Below, one piece after another: positions 59,321-64,000 of a stretch of DNA of 64,000 nt. The stretch is taken from assembly GCA_965225855.1 (NCBI GenBank), contig CBDDCK010000005.1, positions 1,376,001 to 1,440,000 of the forward strand, given 5' to 3'. The position numbers and the translations under genes were made by a program. The stretch comes from Spirochaetia bacterium. Lineage in GTDB: Bacteria; Spirochaetota; Spirochaetia; SP-2023. The notes under the pieces are model-generated. The model did no database searches and was not told the DNA's origin. It saw only the letters and a program-made list of their open reading frames with translations. The stretch's first letter is position 1, and each line of letters starts with the position of its first letter.

Positions 59321-59404
59321 AATCTGATACAGGATAGCCATATTTTATGGCTTTGGACAAATACTAGATATAAAATTACTATCTAAATCTTGTCTGGATT
59401 TGGT

Positions 59405-60640
59405 TTAGGGTTTTTGCCCTTCATGAAAATATTGTAGTAGCTTTGTATCTAAACTGGGGATAGATACAGGTATACAACCATTTCTAATAGACTGTGTTCC
59501 TGCAGTACCTGCAGCTACGGCCATTCGTCCTGCGATAGGCGATGTATTGGGGCTAGCCTCATTTCTAATAAAGCGAATAAAAGCGCGCATAATCTCCGGG
59601 TCTGCTCCCCCATGATTGTTTTGTTCTCCACGTACTTTGTATATAATATTAGGGTTTCGGTATTCACACATTTGGGTGTATACATGTATCTCGCAATCTC
59701 CGACATCACCTATATTTTCTAACTTACCTTTGGTCCCTAAAAATGTATAATTGCGCTCGCATGTGGGGGTATACATACAGTGCATGTAACTGGCCTGTAC
59801 CCCATTTTTTAACTGCATAAAGAGCATATTGTGATCTTCTACATCAATGATTGGGGAGAACTGTTGGTCTGTTTCGGGAGGGTAAGCCACGCCATCCCAG
59901 CCACAAGATTGAAAAGGAATGTAGCGCATGGGCCCGTTTGCATCGGAGTTTGGGCCTTCCGTATTGTTTTTATTTTGATGTTTGTCCCTTCTATTCGTTT
60001 GGTTATAGACCGACAATTTCCCCATCCCTACTACTTTTTGGCTGTAGGAGCCACATAGCCAATGGATTACATCAATATCATGGGCACCTTTTTGTAGTAG
60101 TAAACTATTAGAATAGCGTTGCTGACTGTGCCAATCCTTAAAATAGGCCTCCCCGCCGTAACTAACAAAATGTCGGCACCATACCGCTTGTATGTCACCA
60201 ATAGCCCCGTTATCTATAATTTCTTTCATTTTTAAGACTGTGGGAAAATAACGCATATTGTGGCCTAAGAAGAGTTTTGACTTTGTACGGTACGCAGTTT
60301 CTAACAATAAGTCGCAGTCTTCTAGTGAGGTGGCCATAGGCTTTTCCAAATATACGTGTTTACCGGCTTCTAATGCCGCTTTTGCATGTTCAAAATGTAA
60401 GTAATCTGGCGTGGCGATAAATACTGCATCTAGCTTTTGGTCTGCAAGTAACTTACGGTAGTCTGTGTAAGTCTGAATCTTTTGACCTAGCTTTGCATAG
60501 TGTTCTGCGCATTGCAGGAGGCTATCTTCATAAATATCTACTGCAGAAATAATCTTGACATTTGGTTCTTGTAGAGCGTGCTCGAGCATTTTCCCACGAA
60601 GACCCCAGGCCCCGATTAGCCCTAAGTTTATACTTTTCAT
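59405..60640 (-). CDS. Gfo/Idh/MocA family oxidoreductase
   Basis: LDAVFIATPDYLH, GKHVYLEKPM, HDIDVIHWL. Confidence 0.93.
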   Translation of the reverse strand: MKSINLGLIGAWGLRGKMLEHALQEPNVKIISAVDIYEDSLLQCAEHYAKLGQKIQTYTDYRKLLADQKLDAVFIATPDYLHFEHAKAALEAGKHVYLEKPMATSLEDCDLLLETAYRTKSKLFLGHNMRYFPTVLKMKEIIDNGAIGDIQAVWCRHFVSYGGEAYFKDWHSQQRYSNSLLLQKGAHDIDVIHWLCGSYSQKVVGMGKLSVYNQTNRRDKHQNKNNTEGPNSDANGPMRYIPFQSCGWDGVAYPPETDQQFSPIIDVEDHNMLFMQLKNGVQASYMHCMYTPTCERNYTFLGTKGKLENIGDVGDCEIHVYTQMCEYRNPNIIYKVRGEQNNHGGADPEIMRAFIRFIRNEASPNTSPIAGRMAVAAGTAGTQSIRNGCIPVSIPSLDTKLLQYFHEGQKP

Positions 60641-60668
60641 AGTACCCCCATCGTTAGAGTTTGTTTAA

Positions 60669-61481
60669 TTATTTAATGCCGGAGCTACTGAGTGAGGTAA
60701 TATAATATTTATGGCTATATAAGTATATAACAATAATAGGAATTACACTCATAACAGCAGCAGCAAACATTAAGGGAATATTGATCTCATATTGCCCTTG
60801 AAAAAAATTAAGCCCTACAGCAAGAGTATACATACTTTCATCAGTAGTCATAATTAACGCCCAAAGAAACATATTCCAACCAAAAATCAATGCCAATATT
60901 CCAAAAGCCAATATTGCGTTGTAAGTTTGTGGTAAACAAACTTTATAAAATATTTGCAAGGGATTGGCACCATCTATTTTAGCCGCCTCGTCTAAAGACA
61001 CAGGGATACTCATATATTGCTGGCGTAAAAAAAAGGTTCCAAATGCAGAAAATAGGTTGGGTACAATCAAGGCAAAATAAGTATTCAGCCAGCCAAGATG
61101 ATTGATAATTAAATAATTGGGGATCAGTGTTACTTGTTGAGGAATCATTAATATCGCTAGAACAAAAACAAAGAGTGCTTTCTTGAAAGGGAAATCTAGG
61201 CGAGCAAAAGCATAAGCGGCAAGGGAAGAAAATAAGAGCTGCCCAATTGCAATTGAAGTAGCGACAAAAGCAGTATTAAAATACATTCTTAAAAAATTAA
61301 TCGCAGGGAATACGGCAAGATAGTTATTCCATTGGAAGCTTTTGGGTAATAGTGTAAATTCTAGCTGTACTGACTCTGTTGATGTCTTCAAAGACGTTGT
61401 GAGCATAATGATAAAAGGAAAGAAAAAAAGCAGAGCCAGCCCAAATATCAATGTAATTTTTACTGGTCGTAATGAACCCAT
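60669..61481 (-). CDS. Carbohydrate ABC transporter permease (MalG-like)
   Basis: LDEAAKIDGA; probable start MGSLRP at 61481 overlapping the upstream permease. Confidence 0.92.
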   Translation of the reverse strand: MGSLRPVKITLIFGLALLFFFPFIIMLTTSLKTSTESVQLEFTLLPKSFQWNNYLAVFPAINFLRMYFNTAFVATSIAIGQLLFSSLAAYAFARLDFPFKKALFVFVLAILMIPQQVTLIPNYLIINHLGWLNTYFALIVPNLFSAFGTFFLRQQYMSIPVSLDEAAKIDGANPLQIFYKVCLPQTYNAILAFGILALIFGWNMFLWALIMTTDESMYTLAVGLNFFQGQYEINIPLMFAAAVMSVIPIIVIYLYSHKYYITSLSSSGIK

Positions 61482-62461
61482 TTTTTTTGACCTTTTGATT
61501 GGATGAGAGTAACCAACATTATGATAAAAAATAAGAGCCATGACATGGCGGAAGCAAAACCAATCTTCAATTTTCCTATTTCATTATAAATGCTGAACAT
61601 TATAGTTCTGGTTGAGTCGACAGGACCCCCTCCTGTAATAATTACGATCGGGTCAAATATCTGGAAGATGCCAATAGTAGAGGTAATTACAAGGAAAAAA
61701 ATCGTTGGCGATATTAATGGAATTGTAATATATTTTGCTCGCTGTAGAGTATTTGCCCCTTCTAGTAAACTCGCTTCATAATACATAGAAGGAATATTTT
61801 TGATTGCAGTCGTTAGTAGTAAAATATAATACCCTGAACCTTGCCAGATAATAAACAGAGTCAACATAATAAATGCGGCAGTGGGGGAAGTGAACCAGCT
61901 AATGGTAGGTATTCCCAATGTTGTAAGAGAAGTATTGATGATACCAAAATTGGGATTGAAAATATATCTCCAAGTGAGGGCTAAAGCTACGGGTAGAGTA
62001 ATGTTTGGAATAAAAAATATTATTTTTAATAATGACTCAATAGCAGGTCTTTTCTGATCTGATATTAAAATTGCAATTATAATCGAAAATAATATTAGAA
62101 ACGGTACAGAAAATAAAACAAATCTTATAGTGTTCCAAAAACTTTTTAATGCGATCTTATCAGACAAAATCCTTTGATAGTTTTCTAAAAATATAAATTT
62201 CCCTGAACCAATGATTGGATTAAAGTCTGTAAAACTAATAACAAATGAATAGAACATACCACCATAAAAAAATAGCAAAATACCTAAAAATAAGGGCGCA
62301 ATCATCAGATAGGCCCATAGATACTCTCTACGCTTTTGTGAATATAAAGAAGATATTTTCTGTTTTTGTGATTTCAATCTACGACCTGGTGAATAATGAC
62401 AATCTGTAACTGACATTTGCTTTCTAACAATATTTTCTGTTCGTTCTATCGTAAGAGACAC
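61460..62461 (-). CDS. Carbohydrate ABC transporter permease (MalF-like)
   Basis: YYEASLLEGA, ITIPLISPT, TGGGP, KKWVHY. Confidence 0.92.
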   Translation of the reverse strand: MSLTIERTENIVRKQMSVTDCHYSPGRRLKSQKQKISSLYSQKRREYLWAYLMIAPLFLGILLFFYGGMFYSFVISFTDFNPIIGSGKFIFLENYQRILSDKIALKSFWNTIRFVLFSVPFLILFSIIIAILISDQKRPAIESLLKIIFFIPNITLPVALALTWRYIFNPNFGIINTSLTTLGIPTISWFTSPTAAFIMLTLFIIWQGSGYYILLLTTAIKNIPSMYYEASLLEGANTLQRAKYITIPLISPTIFFLVITSTIGIFQIFDPIVIITGGGPVDSTRTIMFSIYNEIGKLKIGFASAMSWLLFFIIMLVTLIQSKGQKKWVHYDQ

Positions 62462-62471
62462 TATGGACGAA

Positions 62472-62513
62472 TCATTTTCCCTTTTCTTAAATTATCCAGA
62501 AAAGGGAAAATGA
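62472..62513. terminator. Intercistronic stem-loop after the SBP gene (mRNA stabiliser or partial terminator)
   Basis: 16-bp perfect arms TCATTTTCCCTTTTCT / AGAAAAGGGAAAATGA. Confidence 0.7.
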
Positions 62514-62536
62514 ATGTACAACAATAAGGCATCTTC

Positions 62537-63805
62537 TTATTGCTGTTCTATAATTTGGTTTGCTTCGCTCACAGCCTGAGCCATACCATCATCAAATGGA
62601 AGGTTTCCGTTGAAAATATCATTGATAATTTCTGTTGCACGGTTATCCCAATCTAAGCCACCTGTTTTGGATACAGGGTATGGTCTAGCTTTACTTGCAT
62701 CGGAAAGTACTTTGGCATCTTCAGGGTTTTGGAAGTTCTTTACCCATTCGTCAAGCGCAGGTCGATAGGCTGGCATCACAGAGTTGGCATTTGCAATAAT
62801 GCTTTGGGCTTCCGGTGAGGTCATATATATTGCAAACTTCTTTGCTGCTTCCAGATTGGCACTTTTAGAATAAGCCACATGCCCTAGACCGTGAAGAACA
62901 GTACTTCGTTCTTTCCCCTTACTAGCTGCTGGCAAGGGTGCCACCCCTAAATTAGAGCCTAACTCCTTGGAGAAGGAGTTATAGCCCCAAGACCCATAAT
63001 TAAACATTGCAAAGTTTCCATTGGCCAACATTGTCCGCAAAGCTGTTATACCACCGCTTGCTTTTATCACAGAAGGGGTAGGGCTTAGGCCATCTTCAAC
63101 CATGCTGTGTAACTTCTGCCACACTTCAAGGGAAGTGGGTTCCAAGTAGGCTAATTTCATTCCTCCATAGCTAAAAACTTCCCCGCCGTTGGAGAAAATC
63201 CAACCCCAAAGGGTTTGGGAGTCGGTATTAGCATACATTCCCCACTGATTTTCTCCTGTCGTTAGTTGTTCTGCAGCAGAGCGAACTTCTTCCAGGCTCC
63301 AGTCTTCGTTTGGGAAATCTAAGCCTGTATCAATAAACCTCTGTTTGTTATAGTAGAAAACTACAGTATCAAAGAACCATGGCAGTGTATAAGGCTCCCC
63401 ATTGATTTGGTACATATCAACTAAAGCTTTAGGGAAGTCCGTAAAGTCAACCCCTGCACTTTTGTAATCATCGAAGAGGTTTGTTACAACACCATACTTC
63501 TCGTAAGTGGGAAAGTATGGTGCATTGATCCAAAACACATCCCAAGCTTGGCCTCCAGATAAAGCTGTCTGTAATTTTGGCCAGTAACTTGCCCAAGGCA
63601 CTACTTGCATATCAACTGTAATCCCAGGGTTAGAACTCTCAAAAGAACCAATGATCGGTTCTAAAAAAGGTTTGAATGTGTCATCCCATATTCCATACGT
63701 AATGGTTACCGGCTCTTCTGCCTTAGTGGCATCTTTCGGTCTTGACTTTTGGCAGGAGAGTAATAACACCGCCACTGCTATAATACTAATAAATACATTC
63801 TTCAT
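62537..63805 (-). CDS. Sugar ABC transporter substrate-binding lipoprotein
   Basis: Lipobox LLLS|C; YWPKLQTA, DVFWIN, FYYNK. Confidence 0.93.
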   Translation of the reverse strand: MKNVFISIIAVAVLLLSCQKSRPKDATKAEEPVTITYGIWDDTFKPFLEPIIGSFESSNPGITVDMQVVPWASYWPKLQTALSGGQAWDVFWINAPYFPTYEKYGVVTNLFDDYKSAGVDFTDFPKALVDMYQINGEPYTLPWFFDTVVFYYNKQRFIDTGLDFPNEDWSLEEVRSAAEQLTTGENQWGMYANTDSQTLWGWIFSNGGEVFSYGGMKLAYLEPTSLEVWQKLHSMVEDGLSPTPSVIKASGGITALRTMLANGNFAMFNYGSWGYNSFSKELGSNLGVAPLPAASKGKERSTVLHGLGHVAYSKSANLEAAKKFAIYMTSPEAQSIIANANSVMPAYRPALDEWVKNFQNPEDAKVLSDASKARPYPVSKTGGLDWDNRATEIINDIFNGNLPFDDGMAQAVSEANQIIEQQ

Positions 63806-64000
63806 TAATGAGACTCCTTAATACAAACTGAATCCGTATATTTGCATATAGATTCTATTTAAAGTTAGTAAGTTATAATTAAAAAGAGACTAGTTGTCTA
63901 GCTATTTTTTAGTTATAGATTTTTTAGAGCTGTACGCCCAGTTCTTGCCAAGTTGCGCTTAGGTCTATTATTCGTCCCTCTTTGCGCGCTTGTTCTATAG

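Noticed and set aside
54367..63805. Sugar ABC operons lacking an ATPase gene
   Set aside because: CUT1 systems commonly share an MsmK/MalK-type ATPase encoded elsewhere

Overview
Chromosomal window from an AT-rich spirochaete. The assignment rests on the spirochaete-type FlhB N-terminus, FliY/FliZ, a bS22-type peptide, tRNA-Arg(GCG) and the absence of rpsD from the alpha operon. Many pseudogenes suggest a host-associated lineage undergoing gene decay. Housekeeping content: a rearranged flagellar switch/export cluster (flhB-fliR divergent from fliL-M-Y-Z-P-Q), tkt, an nqrBCDE-like membrane module without A/F subunits, rsmD, pgi, the rpsL-rpsG-tuf-S10-spc-alpha superoperon (no fusA), topA, mscS, a LysM/degenerate M23 protein, DUF368, five tRNAs and two sugar ABC operons (with a GH4 alpha-galactosidase and a Gfo/Idh/MocA oxidoreductase). 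The most striking accessory feature is a dispersed three-member family of modular surface lipoproteins (9406-11244, 16067-18431, 51656-53419). They have repeated Ig-like modules, acidic linkers of variable repeat number, patchwork (gene-conversion-like) sequence, and a shared upstream element with a variable C6/C6/C7 tract between -35 and -10-like hexamers. G-quadruplex-like tracts and palindromic repeat clusters lie upstream, and gene remnants (ssb, hsdS, others) lie nearby. Together these are a candidate antigenic/phase-variation system. All family assignments come from motif recognition by eye; no database searches were run.
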